Shown here piece by piece: positions 27,201-34,917 of a DNA stretch of 64,000 nucleotides. Under the pieces are notes generated by a model. It saw nothing but the letters and a program-made list of their open reading frames with translations, made no database searches and was not told the DNA's origin. How positions within the stretch are numbered: the first letter of the stretch is position 1; each line of letters starts with the position of its first letter. Made by a program: the position numbers and the translations under genes. Source of the stretch: Escherichia phage vB_EcoM-ZQ1; the sequence record MW650886.1; one strand, 5' to 3'.

Positions 27201-27527
27201 GATGGTCTTACCCAGAGGGGTCGCCATGAATTGTTTGGTCGCTTCGATCATGGAAGCGATAACGCGCATTGGGTTCTTGAAGCGAGCGATGGCGTCAGGA
27301 TAGACGGAGCCGCGCTTCTGGCCGATGAAAACCTGACGAACGCTCTTGCCCAGCCCCTGAGGAGTATAGAACTGAATGCGGTATTCCTTATCATCTTCGT
27401 CGACGAAGGTAAAGAACACATCGCCTGCGTTCTTCTTACCCATGGTCAGCTCATACGGAGCGGAGTTGAACGCTTCGTCTAACTGATCTCTTTCCTGCAT
27501 GAACTGGAGGAAACTTAGCTTTGACAT
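24237..27527 (-). CDS. large hypothetical protein (1096 aa) with internal (DTSN)x3 repeat
   Basis: Long uninterrupted ORF with AGGAGA SD; no family recognised. Confidence 0.6.
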   Translation of the reverse strand: MSKLSFLQFMQERDQLDEAFNSAPYELTMGKKNAGDVFFTFVDEDDKEYRIQFYTPQGLGKSVRQVFIGQKRGSVYPDAIARFKNPMRVIASMIEATKQFMATPLGKTIDGFAVNFSKKALDRGMTLIPKIIRQSGLKQKLNVMDLTYAPVPDRGYVWLVRKGKDPAQVFDGPKMQGITWDDPDKVGDVPVQNNTPDVGVGAGSSEIEVNREWYNSSDTGLELKSGRDPIRGNYVRLISGSKEVATFYGYDFDKYPDGTEVSWNMKRGFTNQDLVGASMTKQKKGMYDQYTFKKGAQIILVVDVDTSNDTSNDTSNGNGWKLTSNGDQPMLLWAGKERGRTNTANIAPHYNEPGVYVGAYMNEKPVRGQSADFIARQLKLPQVPINILNDFTMASTKFWKGSQNSSDRNNPANIIGSGTAVIDAKRLGAREVNVERFKNGVRMRSQNGDVDISISDPDFSNAASATDAATASVVVKNGRYEGAINSKRKIARTSNEQGTEWDIIGVNGETLVSIKLNKVSKSASDSTEGATSVDQLRDSGFIARVLGIIDTNVGLDTSILPGENIRRVGAGRYTTAGGLVIVVNFTNVLAGFVQYSVFSEIAEEENVAKGSARDVANAVIASIFEVAKTQYTGKWEISAVPTSAPYPIKAIRRSRGWGYVETANWTLTVSDAVLNRVKPGKTALLELIKEPPRGKHPLEIIPEKGDKTLMLKDRITGAIYGSIDLNAQGADLVNSGTLKIPSNAMVFGETVNGMSIRWDVNFPETGKYAGTSMITNVTYYYDKGKVAFTPIVSQKGRTLNNPKTYELPLNKDMVQSVIDEISSKMVYLSRNLQQLKSQSYNPNQVFLNDITITDKGEVIWNDYNLSDGKVTQIMLSMISAENKRLEKVANKPDINTTLPKKQAEVVEFINRMIDIDLTPYVRTPKKRDVVLFDSSELSINQLNNIERLGRETGKWSLEPNGGMGHALLLKSTSHNPKDDLAAYADSIRDNAPKGRDLDWQIYASRDGQTLNVDWDITFRRNTTEGAYREFKAQIDRANQYLQTLYRDAKSKGYNPTEPNLMTLDSAQQSDQWARDYGEGAYSEYEQSLGGNMQIKI
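26579..26614. repeat. in-frame 12-nt x3 perfect tandem repeat inside the 1096-aa gene
   Basis: CATTGCTGGTGT x3 on the plus strand, encoding DTSNDTSNDTSN on the minus strand. Confidence 0.7.
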
Positions 27528-27602
27528 TTTATATCTCCTGATTGAATTAATGGCGGTTTCTTCTAATTAGCGAAACCAAAAGGGAGCGTCAGCCCCCTTA
27601 TC

Positions 27603-27938
27603 TTATTTTTGAACTTGGGCTACAGACATCGCCCAGAGCGGGAGGGTGTGGGGGTCCAGGGCTTCCAGTAGATATTCGACGCGCTCTGACATGATACCTT
27701 CAGGGAAGTTTACTTCTTCTGGTTCGTTGTTGGCCGTCCAACCCAATGTCAGTCCTTCAGCGTGATGGATGATATAAACGAAGTCGTCTGGTTCGTAGTC
27801 CTTTTCCATCAGGGCGAAGAAATCTTCCATTTCTTCGTCGGAGAAGTAGTAGATGCGAGGTACAGAGCCGTCAGCAAAGTGCTCAGCACCCTGGAAGGCA
27901 AACATGTCATCGGCGGTGAAGTTCTTGAGTTGTGTCAT
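27603..27938 (-). CDS. hypothetical protein
   Basis: Start MTQLK preceded by the conserved leader TTGAAAAGCAGGAACTATATCATG. Confidence 0.45.
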   Translation of the reverse strand: MTQLKNFTADDMFAFQGAEHFADGSVPRIYYFSDEEMEDFFALMEKDYEPDDFVYIIHHAEGLTLGWTANNEPEEVNFPEGIMSERVEYLLEALDPHTLPLWAMSVAQVQK

Positions 27939-27986
27939 GATATAGTTCCTGCTTTTCAAGTTGGTGTCGTACTGCTTATGGAATGA

Positions 27987-28015
27987 AGTATAGGAAAGGA
28001 TATTGAAGAAGTAAA
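27987..28015 (-). promoter_or_regulatory. early promoter (-35 TTTACT, 17 nt, -10 TATACT) within a promoter-hairpin cassette
   Basis: TTTACTTCTTCAATATCCTTTCCTATACTTCATTCCATAAGCAG, near-identical to the cassette at 61083. Confidence 0.5.
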
Positions 28016-28031
28016 GGGGCGAAAGCCCCTT
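28014..28031 (-). terminator. hairpin (terminator element of a promoter-hairpin cassette)
   Basis: AAGGGGC-GAAA-GCCCCTT; T-rich on both sides. Confidence 0.45.
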
Positions 28032-28044
28032 TTATTGAATTATT

Positions 28045-28683
28045 TTACGGCGTCGGATTCACAACCGGAATGTGGGATCGAATACCTGCGATGATGTCCT
28101 TCAGCCGAGGATTCCATCCACCCACCAAACGGGGGAGAGCGATAGCGCCAGGCTGGACCAAAATGATGTCGCTGCCTGTGATATTGTGCTGAGGGAACTG
28201 AGCAAGGTACTGCTCCATGGCGACACCCTCATCAATCAGAACAGGACCGACATCAGATGACGCGTAGGTTGCACCCAGACCGTCAACGCCCCATGCCAAG
28301 ATACCCCAGTCAGGGATGTTGGCTTCAGATGTGATGGTGAATCCAAACACGGTGTTCAGCGAAGTAAAGGAATAGACATCGTGGGTGATGTCATACACCA
28401 GATACCCCTTGGCCAGCATATCGGCAAAGATCGCGTCCGTATCGCCAACAGCCGGAGTCGGCACAGTAAACAACAGCTCGCCATCAGGAGGAGCAGGATA
28501 CGTGCCGAGGGCATAGAGGCACCATGCATCAATGCACTTCTTAATGAACGCCTCTGGCGCGACATAATCAGCAAGGCGAACCGTACCTGAGTACTCTGAT
28601 ACGATAATGCCTTCCTTCGCACCCTGTAGAGCAATGAAGACCAAGATATGTTCATATCCGGCCTGAGATGGAGTGATGTTCAT
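28045..28683 (-). CDS. hypothetical protein
   Basis: Start re-set to MNITPSQ (TAATG overlap with the upstream gene). Confidence 0.45.
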   Translation of the reverse strand: MNITPSQAGYEHILVFIALQGAKEGIIVSEYSGTVRLADYVAPEAFIKKCIDAWCLYALGTYPAPPDGELLFTVPTPAVGDTDAIFADMLAKGYLVYDITHDVYSFTSLNTVFGFTITSEANIPDWGILAWGVDGLGATYASSDVGPVLIDEGVAMEQYLAQFPQHNITGSDIILVQPGAIALPRLVGGWNPRLKDIIAGIRSHIPVVNPTP

Positions 28684-29297
28684 TATCTTGTCCTCTTCAG
28701 TTTCTCTATTGTGTGCTTGTTCATGGCGATCACCTGAGGATCTACCTCGGAGATGGTCCGGCCTTCGAAAGACACACATTTCTGAAGATATTTAGCTTTC
28801 TTCACGACGTCGGCAGCATAAGCGTTCGATGCAGGATTACGGGCGAAGCCAGCATTGTAAGAGGAGAGGGATTTGCGGATATTCTGATTGTGATAGGTCA
28901 GCCAGAACTGCATCTCATCGAGGGCGGCTTGCGCGGCATATTCTTGGTCGGTCAGCAACTTTATGGCGACATTGGCATAGCACTTGCGATTCTTACAACC
29001 TTCGCGATCACCAACTGTCTTCACCTTGTTCTGAAAGGCTCCCATGTTGGCCGCCTTGAGACCGTATCGCATTGACACTACATCTTCACCAGCGCGGCTC
29101 TCTCGCCAAGATATGGCGGCCAGAGTGTAGCCAAGATCTTGTGTCTTGCCTACGTGATAGGCGGTTGCCATCGTATTAAGTTGTTGCTCGGAGAAATTAT
29201 AAACACATTGACTTGTATTTTGGGAAGCGTGCACATTCCCGCTGGCAATGGTAAAGGTCACGGACAAGGCCATGGCCTTCAACGTTGTCATCGTCAT
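28683..29297 (-). CDS. secreted lytic transglycosylase-like protein (SLT domain)
   Basis: Signal peptide MTMTTLKAMALSVTFTIASGNVHA; AISWRESRAG...GAFQ resembles the SLT catalytic ES...GLMQ motif. Confidence 0.45.
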   Translation of the reverse strand: MTMTTLKAMALSVTFTIASGNVHASQNTSQCVYNFSEQQLNTMATAYHVGKTQDLGYTLAAISWRESRAGEDVVSMRYGLKAANMGAFQNKVKTVGDREGCKNRKCYANVAIKLLTDQEYAAQAALDEMQFWLTYHNQNIRKSLSSYNAGFARNPASNAYAADVVKKAKYLQKCVSFEGRTISEVDPQVIAMNKHTIEKLKRTR

Positions 29298-29393
29298 GAT
29301 GGCGTTCCTTATGTTTGTCGACTTGCAGCTCGATTGAGCCTCCTGACAGGGGTTAAAAGATAAAGGGCACGTGATATTTAGTGCCCTTCAGCC

Positions 29394-29678
29394 TCATTCG
29401 TAGATGAGGTGGTAGGATTCCTCGATACACTCCAGCCAGCCATAGACGAACTGTAGAGGGTCATCCCATGCCGTCTTGGTCGCGACGGTAAAGTTGCCGT
29501 CCAGGATCTGCATATCTTGGTACTTGTTGAAAGCGAGTACAGCATCAACCACAATCAGGCCGCCCTGCTCAAGATAACGATTCGGAGTGACGGCCACTTG
29601 GTAACGAGGATTCCTGTGATTCCATATCTCCACAGCAATGTCACAGGAATCCTGAATTTCATCTTTGGTTTCTGACAT
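29394..29678 (-). CDS. hypothetical protein
   Basis: 94 aa ORF at the end of the gp55-gp47-gp46 operon-like array. Confidence 0.4.
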   Translation of the reverse strand: MSETKDEIQDSCDIAVEIWNHRNPRYQVAVTPNRYLEQGGLIVVDAVLAFNKYQDMQILDGNFTVATKTAWDDPLQFVYGWLECIEESYHLIYE

Positions 29679-29988
29679 ACGTTTGTCTCAGGTGTTCAGT
29701 AAAGGATTTACCCAGCTTGCGGAATAGTTTAATACGACCAATGACTTTGACGTAAACATCTCCGTGGCAGGGGCGTGGCTTACACCAGCACCCCAATACC
29801 TTCCCGTCAAGCTCAAGGAGTTCATCCTCGGTGATATCCCCTTCAATCAGGCGCACATACAGGTCTTCTTCAAACAGTTCGATACAGACGCCTCGTCCAT
29901 GGTCTTTGACCTCAAATGGGTTCCCCCATTTACCAGGCCGACCAATGTAGACGTCATATGGCTCCTTCTTGAAGTGGACGACTTTCAT
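29659..29988 (-). CDS. hypothetical protein (DUF4326-like, GNPF / CWCKP..CHGD motifs)
   Basis: 109 aa; YIGRPGKWGNPF and LGCWCKPRPCHGD; family name recalled from memory. Confidence 0.4.
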   Translation of the reverse strand: MKVVHFKKEPYDVYIGRPGKWGNPFEVKDHGRGVCIELFEEDLYVRLIEGDITEDELLELDGKVLGCWCKPRPCHGDVYVKVIGRIKLFRKLGKSFTEHLRQTYVRNQR

Positions 29989-30149
29989 TTCAGGATTTGA
30001 CCTGCAAGTAGATAACAGAACCAGACAGAGAACCCGAGATACCCCAGTGCTTTCAGGTAGTTTTTCCTTTCGACTTCACGAGAAAATGCAATGATGTCAA
30101 TGATGCATGCAAAGACCAGGATTGCGAGTTTAATTTGTTCGTAGTTCAT
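29985..30149 (-). CDS. small membrane protein (54 aa), not in ORF track
   Basis: Hand translation MNYEQIKLAILVFACIIDIIAFSREVERKNYLKALGYLGFSVWFCYLLAGQILK; starts 2 nt after the gp46-like stop and ATGA-overlaps the next gene. Confidence 0.4.
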   Translation of the reverse strand: MNYEQIKLAILVFACIIDIIAFSREVERKNYLKALGYLGFSVWFCYLLAGQILK

Positions 30150-30151
30150 GA

Positions 30152-32497
30152 TCAATCCTTCTTGATAACTTCAGTCAGGCCGTTTCGCAGGCCGTAGCGA
30201 ATGTTGTGTTGGAAGTATTCCTGGAACTCCTGTTCGCGCTGGCTAATAACAAACAGGTTGTTCCCGCCGAACTTATGCTTCAACATCTCAACCGATTCCT
30301 GCACCCCGCGCTCGCTCATGTTCTCAAGGATCTCGTCCAGCACGAACAGGTTACATTGTACAGACGCCTTGAGGTTAGCCACATCGCGCAGAGCTAATGT
30401 CACAGCCAGGTTCAGACGACTGCGCTGGCCAGTAGACAGGGAGAAGATACTCTGTCCTTTGCGGCCTGCTGCGCTCATGGTGATCTCAAAGGTATCGTCA
30501 ACAACGATGTCCAGGAACATGTTGAGGGCTTCAAGATACTCGTTGATCTTGCTATTGAGGAATGGCAGATACAGGGCGATGATACGCGCCTTGGTCTGGT
30601 CATCTTTCAAGAAGAACAGCAGGTGCTGTAAGTCCTGGAGTTCTTGGTCGGCATCCTCGCGGCGCTGGTATAGATCCTCCAGTTCACCTTCCAACGCAGC
30701 GATGGAGTTCTCCAGGTCGGTGGTAGGTGTTGGCTTTACAGCCAGTTTACGCTCCAGATCGGCAATAGACGCCACGAGAGGAGCACGACGGGCTTTCAGC
30801 TCGGCGATCTTATCATCGACGGCTTTAATCCCGCTAACGGCATTCTCTCGCGTCTGTTGCAGCGACGCAGTGATGTCTTCAAAACGAACGTTCATTGCCT
30901 TACGGATGTCAAGGATCTTCTGTTGGCATTCACGGTTCAGCGAATTACACTCAATCGTGGCGACATCATGAAAACCTTGAATATCACGGCGCAGCTGCTT
31001 GATGTTGTCAACGATTTCGTCGGCCTGCTTGCGCATTGCATCAAGTTCAGCATCCAACACAGCAATGTCAGCAACCAGCTTGTCGTCCTGGGCTTTGTGG
31101 TCATCGATCAACACAGTGACTTCGGCGGTGACTTTATCCAGCTGGTCCAGCTTCGCCTGTAGATCCTGAATCCGAGGATTGTACTCGCTTTCAATGCGCG
31201 CCTTGGTATCGTCGGACACCAGTTGGGTACATGTTGGGCAAGTCCCCATGTCGTGGAAGCGCTTGATGGCCGACTGATGCCCCTCCATTTCAGTCTGGAA
31301 CTTGATACGGAAGTTCTCACCCTGCTGGCGGCGCTGAATAGCAGCGTTCAGGGTGTCCAGGTTTGTGTTGCGCTTGGTGAGCAGGGTGTTCTTGCGTTCG
31401 GCCACTGTAAAGGCGCGGTCACGCAAGACCTGAAGTTCATGCTCCGCAGTAGACACTTCGATGCGCTCATAATCATCGGCCTTTTCCTGAGCGGCATCCT
31501 TCACCGCCTGGATCTTGGCATCAAAGTCTTTCTTGACAGCCTCGATCTCTACCATGGATTCATCATGCAGGCGGCTTTCCACCGTCTTCATTTCCTGGGT
31601 GGCTTCAAACTCCACAGCCGTGAGGCGGGTGCGCTCCTCATTCTGCGCGGCAATGTCAGCATCCAGGGAATTCAGGGCTTCCTGTTGCTGTACAAGGATA
31701 TCGGCCGACTGCTGTTGGATCAGGGCGTTGGATTGCTCGATCTGCTGAAGCTGCGTCTTCTTGTTGGTGTGGTCAACAACCTTCAGTGCGCATTCGTTAG
31801 ATATAGAGTCCAGAGTTGCATTTGTCCTTTTGATGGCGGCCTTGACATCTTCGTTCATCAGGCTGAAGAAGCCCAAGTCCCAGATAGTCTCCACCATGGC
31901 GCGGCGGTCGGCTGTGTACATCTCCGTGAACGGAATGAACTTCTCTTTACCCAACACCAGAGAGTTCTCAAACATCTTCTGGTCTACACCGATGAGGTTC
32001 ACGATGTACTTGTTCATGTCGGCTTTGGCTGCTTCGTTATCGATCTGCAACCACTTGCCGTCCACCATCTGGTAGACTTCAACAAAGTCAGGTTTAATGC
32101 CACGGCGAACCTTCCATTCGCTACCACGGCAGGCAAACTCCACCTCACCCACACATTCCTTGCGGCTCTGTGAGTTAACCAGGCCTGCCTTCTTCTCCTT
32201 CTTGCTGTATGTGTCGTTGTACAGTACGAAAAACAGCAGCCATACCAGCATCGTGGATTTACCCGCGCCGTTGTCATCAGACGTGACAAGGGTGGCCGGG
32301 TTGCGCTGATAATCAATCTCCATGAACTGATTGCCGATGGAGCGGAAGTTCTTGGCGCGGCCTTTGCGGAAGGTCAGTTTGTGTGTAACAACGTTACGCA
32401 CTTCAAATGGGACTTCAACCTCGACCGGGGCGTCGGCTTCCTTCAAAAGATTACCAAATTTGGTCAAGATATCTGTGCTCTGAGTCATGTTATGCAT
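30152..32497 (-). CDS. 46: recombination nuclease ATPase subunit (T4 gp46 / SbcC-Rad50-like)
   Basis: Walker A GAGKSTML; long coiled-coil with CPTC zinc hook (MGTCPTCTQL versus T4 GGLCPTCLSQ); the start could instead be the ATG 9 nt downstream. Confidence 0.8.
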   Translation of the reverse strand: MHNMTQSTDILTKFGNLLKEADAPVEVEVPFEVRNVVTHKLTFRKGRAKNFRSIGNQFMEIDYQRNPATLVTSDDNGAGKSTMLVWLLFFVLYNDTYSKKEKKAGLVNSQSRKECVGEVEFACRGSEWKVRRGIKPDFVEVYQMVDGKWLQIDNEAAKADMNKYIVNLIGVDQKMFENSLVLGKEKFIPFTEMYTADRRAMVETIWDLGFFSLMNEDVKAAIKRTNATLDSISNECALKVVDHTNKKTQLQQIEQSNALIQQQSADILVQQQEALNSLDADIAAQNEERTRLTAVEFEATQEMKTVESRLHDESMVEIEAVKKDFDAKIQAVKDAAQEKADDYERIEVSTAEHELQVLRDRAFTVAERKNTLLTKRNTNLDTLNAAIQRRQQGENFRIKFQTEMEGHQSAIKRFHDMGTCPTCTQLVSDDTKARIESEYNPRIQDLQAKLDQLDKVTAEVTVLIDDHKAQDDKLVADIAVLDAELDAMRKQADEIVDNIKQLRRDIQGFHDVATIECNSLNRECQQKILDIRKAMNVRFEDITASLQQTRENAVSGIKAVDDKIAELKARRAPLVASIADLERKLAVKPTPTTDLENSIAALEGELEDLYQRREDADQELQDLQHLLFFLKDDQTKARIIALYLPFLNSKINEYLEALNMFLDIVVDDTFEITMSAAGRKGQSIFSLSTGQRSRLNLAVTLALRDVANLKASVQCNLFVLDEILENMSERGVQESVEMLKHKFGGNNLFVISQREQEFQEYFQHNIRYGLRNGLTEVIKKD

Positions 32498-33605
32498 CCA
32501 GTTTGTTCAGGCGTTGTTGGGCAGCATTATAGAAGTGCTCTGCCAGTTTACAGACATTGTCGGGGCGCTGAATGTTGTTCCCTGCGCGGATATCCTTCTT
32601 CAGGACTTCCACCGCATCGGTCGCCACCATCTCTTCGGTGACCTCAACCTTCTCGGCAGCAACAGTAATCGTCCGGTCGATGAAGTTGTAGTCGATACAC
32701 TTGCAGCGCTTCATGGCATCACAGAACTTTTCATAATGCTTAGCATTGTCGCGGTTCTGTACAATAACCTTAACGATTTGCCCTTCAATACCCAAGCCTG
32801 TGTTCAACCATTCCGGGTCGATCCAATTACCTTCTTCATCAGAGGACAACTTGGTGTAATCATATTCCACATAGCGGAACAGCGTCTGGTGCTCGGCGTT
32901 CGGGATAAAGATCTCACCACCACGCATGTCGTCTACATAGAAGCCACGGTTAGTGCCGTCTTTGTAGTCTTCCCAGTTCAGGTGATATGGAGTCCCAATA
33001 TATTGAATGTTACCTTCCATCGAACGGGTATGGAAATGCCCCGTGTCGACCCTGGTAAACTTGGAAAGCAGAGCAACGTCGATCTGACCGTGATCACAAG
33101 TAGAAGACTGGTACATTTTGAACCCCGCCAGCTCCAGATGCGCAAAACAGTACTCGGCGTCTGTATCTTGTATCGCTTTAATAGACGCATCATAGTTCTC
33201 CTTGTTGATCCAAGGTAGCAGTAGAGTCTTGACACCCTCGATCATCACTTCGGTCGGTTCGCTGTAATAGCAGTACACATCCGGGTCGAGTTCGTTCAGG
33301 TAGGATGGCCAGTTGATGCGGTTGGACTCTTCCAGGGTGATGTCATGGTTGCCCACGATGCCATTCCACTTGATACCAGCCGCTTTCAATGCAGGGGTGA
33401 GTTCATCCTTCAGCCAGTCTTTGTCACGACCGTACATGAATTTGCGGACATCAAACGTATCACCGAACTGCCAGACCTCTTTGATATCAGAGTCGGCAAG
33501 TTCAGGAATGAAATAATTGATGAGATAGTTCTTGATGAAGTCGCGAACGTATCGAGAACCATTACGGCTCCCGATATGCAGATCACCAATTTTAGCAATC
33601 GCCAT
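32490..33605 (-). CDS. 47: recombination nuclease subunit (T4 gp47 / SbcD-Mre11-like)
   Basis: GDLHIG, GDTFDVRK and IVGNHD phosphoesterase motifs match T4 gp47 (GDWHLG, GDIFDVRK, IVGNHD). Confidence 0.85.
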   Translation of the reverse strand: MAIAKIGDLHIGSRNGSRYVRDFIKNYLINYFIPELADSDIKEVWQFGDTFDVRKFMYGRDKDWLKDELTPALKAAGIKWNGIVGNHDITLEESNRINWPSYLNELDPDVYCYYSEPTEVMIEGVKTLLLPWINKENYDASIKAIQDTDAEYCFAHLELAGFKMYQSSTCDHGQIDVALLSKFTRVDTGHFHTRSMEGNIQYIGTPYHLNWEDYKDGTNRGFYVDDMRGGEIFIPNAEHQTLFRYVEYDYTKLSSDEEGNWIDPEWLNTGLGIEGQIVKVIVQNRDNAKHYEKFCDAMKRCKCIDYNFIDRTITVAAEKVEVTEEMVATDAVEVLKKDIRAGNNIQRPDNVCKLAEHFYNAAQQRLNKLDA

Positions 33606-34333
33606 TATTCTGTTTCTCCTTCGGTTTCGTCTAGGCCGAATTGGGTATTGCCGAAGTCCTGATCTAAATTTTCTTCGGCCTGCGCTGGTGTCGTATTCTT
33701 AGCCTGCGCCATGTATTGAAGTATACCTTTCGCAATCTTTTTATTCGATTCTGCGAGACGAGCTGCCTCCACCTTCTCTCGTTCCTTCTGCCTTTGAGCG
33801 TCCTTTTTGTTCTCAAAGTTGCCGATACGTTCACGGAAGTCCATGCCAATTCCTGTAGCATCAACAAAGATCTCTTGTTGGAAGTCGGGGTCATCTGCCA
33901 GGCCTGCGAACCCACCCGCCTCTTCAAATGAGCGCAATTTAATGTACGTGTGCTCTTCTTCGATGTTCAGTTTACGAGCAAATGAGCGATCAGCACACAT
34001 GGTCACCCAAGAAAAGAAGTTGATCTTCCCTTTCTTACCGATGTGGTCGACGTCAAAGGTGTGGAGGTAACGCAGGATGTTGACGATTGCTTCAGAGACC
34101 ATGTCTTCACGGAAGGGATAATCGCGATAGTTGTAGCGGGTACTCATCTTGGTGATGATGCGCTGGACCTGCAGAGCAACATAGTTGGGGATCTTTGGAA
34201 GCCTGGTGCCCTCAGCAAGTGCTTTCTTGCGGGCGGGGATCCAATCACGAAGGATACTAATGACACGCTCGTTGTCTTCGTCCGTGAAATATTTGACGAC
34301 ATTCTCCCCTCTGTCCACGAAGTTCATTCCCAT
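33605..34333 (-). CDS. 55: late-transcription sigma factor (T4 gp55-like)
   Basis: RYNYRDY..EDMVSEAIVN..YLHTFD resembles T4 gp55 RFNFSGY..EMIADGIEA..GLHNFD; directly upstream of gp47/gp46 as in T4; acidic C-terminal extension. Confidence 0.6.
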   Translation of the reverse strand: MGMNFVDRGENVVKYFTDEDNERVISILRDWIPARKKALAEGTRLPKIPNYVALQVQRIITKMSTRYNYRDYPFREDMVSEAIVNILRYLHTFDVDHIGKKGKINFFSWVTMCADRSFARKLNIEEEHTYIKLRSFEEAGGFAGLADDPDFQQEIFVDATGIGMDFRERIGNFENKKDAQRQKEREKVEAARLAESNKKIAKGILQYMAQAKNTTPAQAEENLDQDFGNTQFGLDETEGETE

Positions 34334-34344
34334 TATGATAGCCC

Positions 34345-34872
34345 TCAGATACCGATAAATTCATCAAAAGATCCAACAACCTTCTTCACCGAGATCTTGT
34401 CATTCTCAATCAGGAAGTTGCTGTCGTTTTTGGCTGCTGTAGCCCAGTCATCGGCAAGTTCGTTGCCTTCGTGCCCCGCATGACCCTTAACCCATTTTAG
34501 TTCAACATCACAAATTGAACAAACGAGATCATAGATTCTGAACAGATCTTTGATGAGTTCAACGTTCTTTTCTGGGAAACCCTGATACTCCCACTTCGTT
34601 CGCCATTCAGTGACACTCTTGATGGCATATTGACTGTCAGACCAAATTGTTGCCTTTGGTATTCTGCGCTCACCCTTTCCTGAGAATGCCCACAGTAGCT
34701 TCAATGCGTTGGTCACACCCAACAACTCGGCGATATTGTTAGTGGACGGGGGAGGTAGATGACCGAAGAACACCTTCCATTGCATACCCGTTATTGGCCT
34801 GATGACAAATGCCCAGCCTGCGGCCTGGTTGGTCTTCGGGTTAGAACCCCCGTCAGAATAAATTTCTATCAT
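34345..34872 (-). CDS. rnhA: ribonuclease HI (bacterial RnhA-type)
   Basis: IEIYSDGGSNP...AGWAFVI and C-terminal WVKGHAGHEGNELADDWA match the RNase HI catalytic core; start re-set to MIEIYSD. Confidence 0.8.
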   Translation of the reverse strand: MIEIYSDGGSNPKTNQAAGWAFVIRPITGMQWKVFFGHLPPPSTNNIAELLGVTNALKLLWAFSGKGERRIPKATIWSDSQYAIKSVTEWRTKWEYQGFPEKNVELIKDLFRIYDLVCSICDVELKWVKGHAGHEGNELADDWATAAKNDSNFLIENDKISVKKVVGSFDEFIGI

Positions 34873-34874
34873 GA

Positions 34875-34882
34875 TATAAATA
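34875..34882 (+). promoter_or_regulatory. T4-type late promoter motif TATAAATA
   Basis: Exact TATAAATA 35 nt upstream of the ATG at 34918. Confidence 0.5.
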
Positions 34883-34917
34883 TCCCAAACTGGTTTTATA
34901 GAAAGAGGAATGAAACT

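Noticed and set aside
30201-33218. Long plus-strand ORFs (30201..30971, 31223..32173, 32487..33218) of 243-316 aa
   Set aside because: They fall entirely inside the gp46-like and gp47-like genes on the opposite strand, whose products match T4 proteins motif by motif; their compositions are low-complexity (Ser/Arg/Leu-rich), typical of antisense frames.
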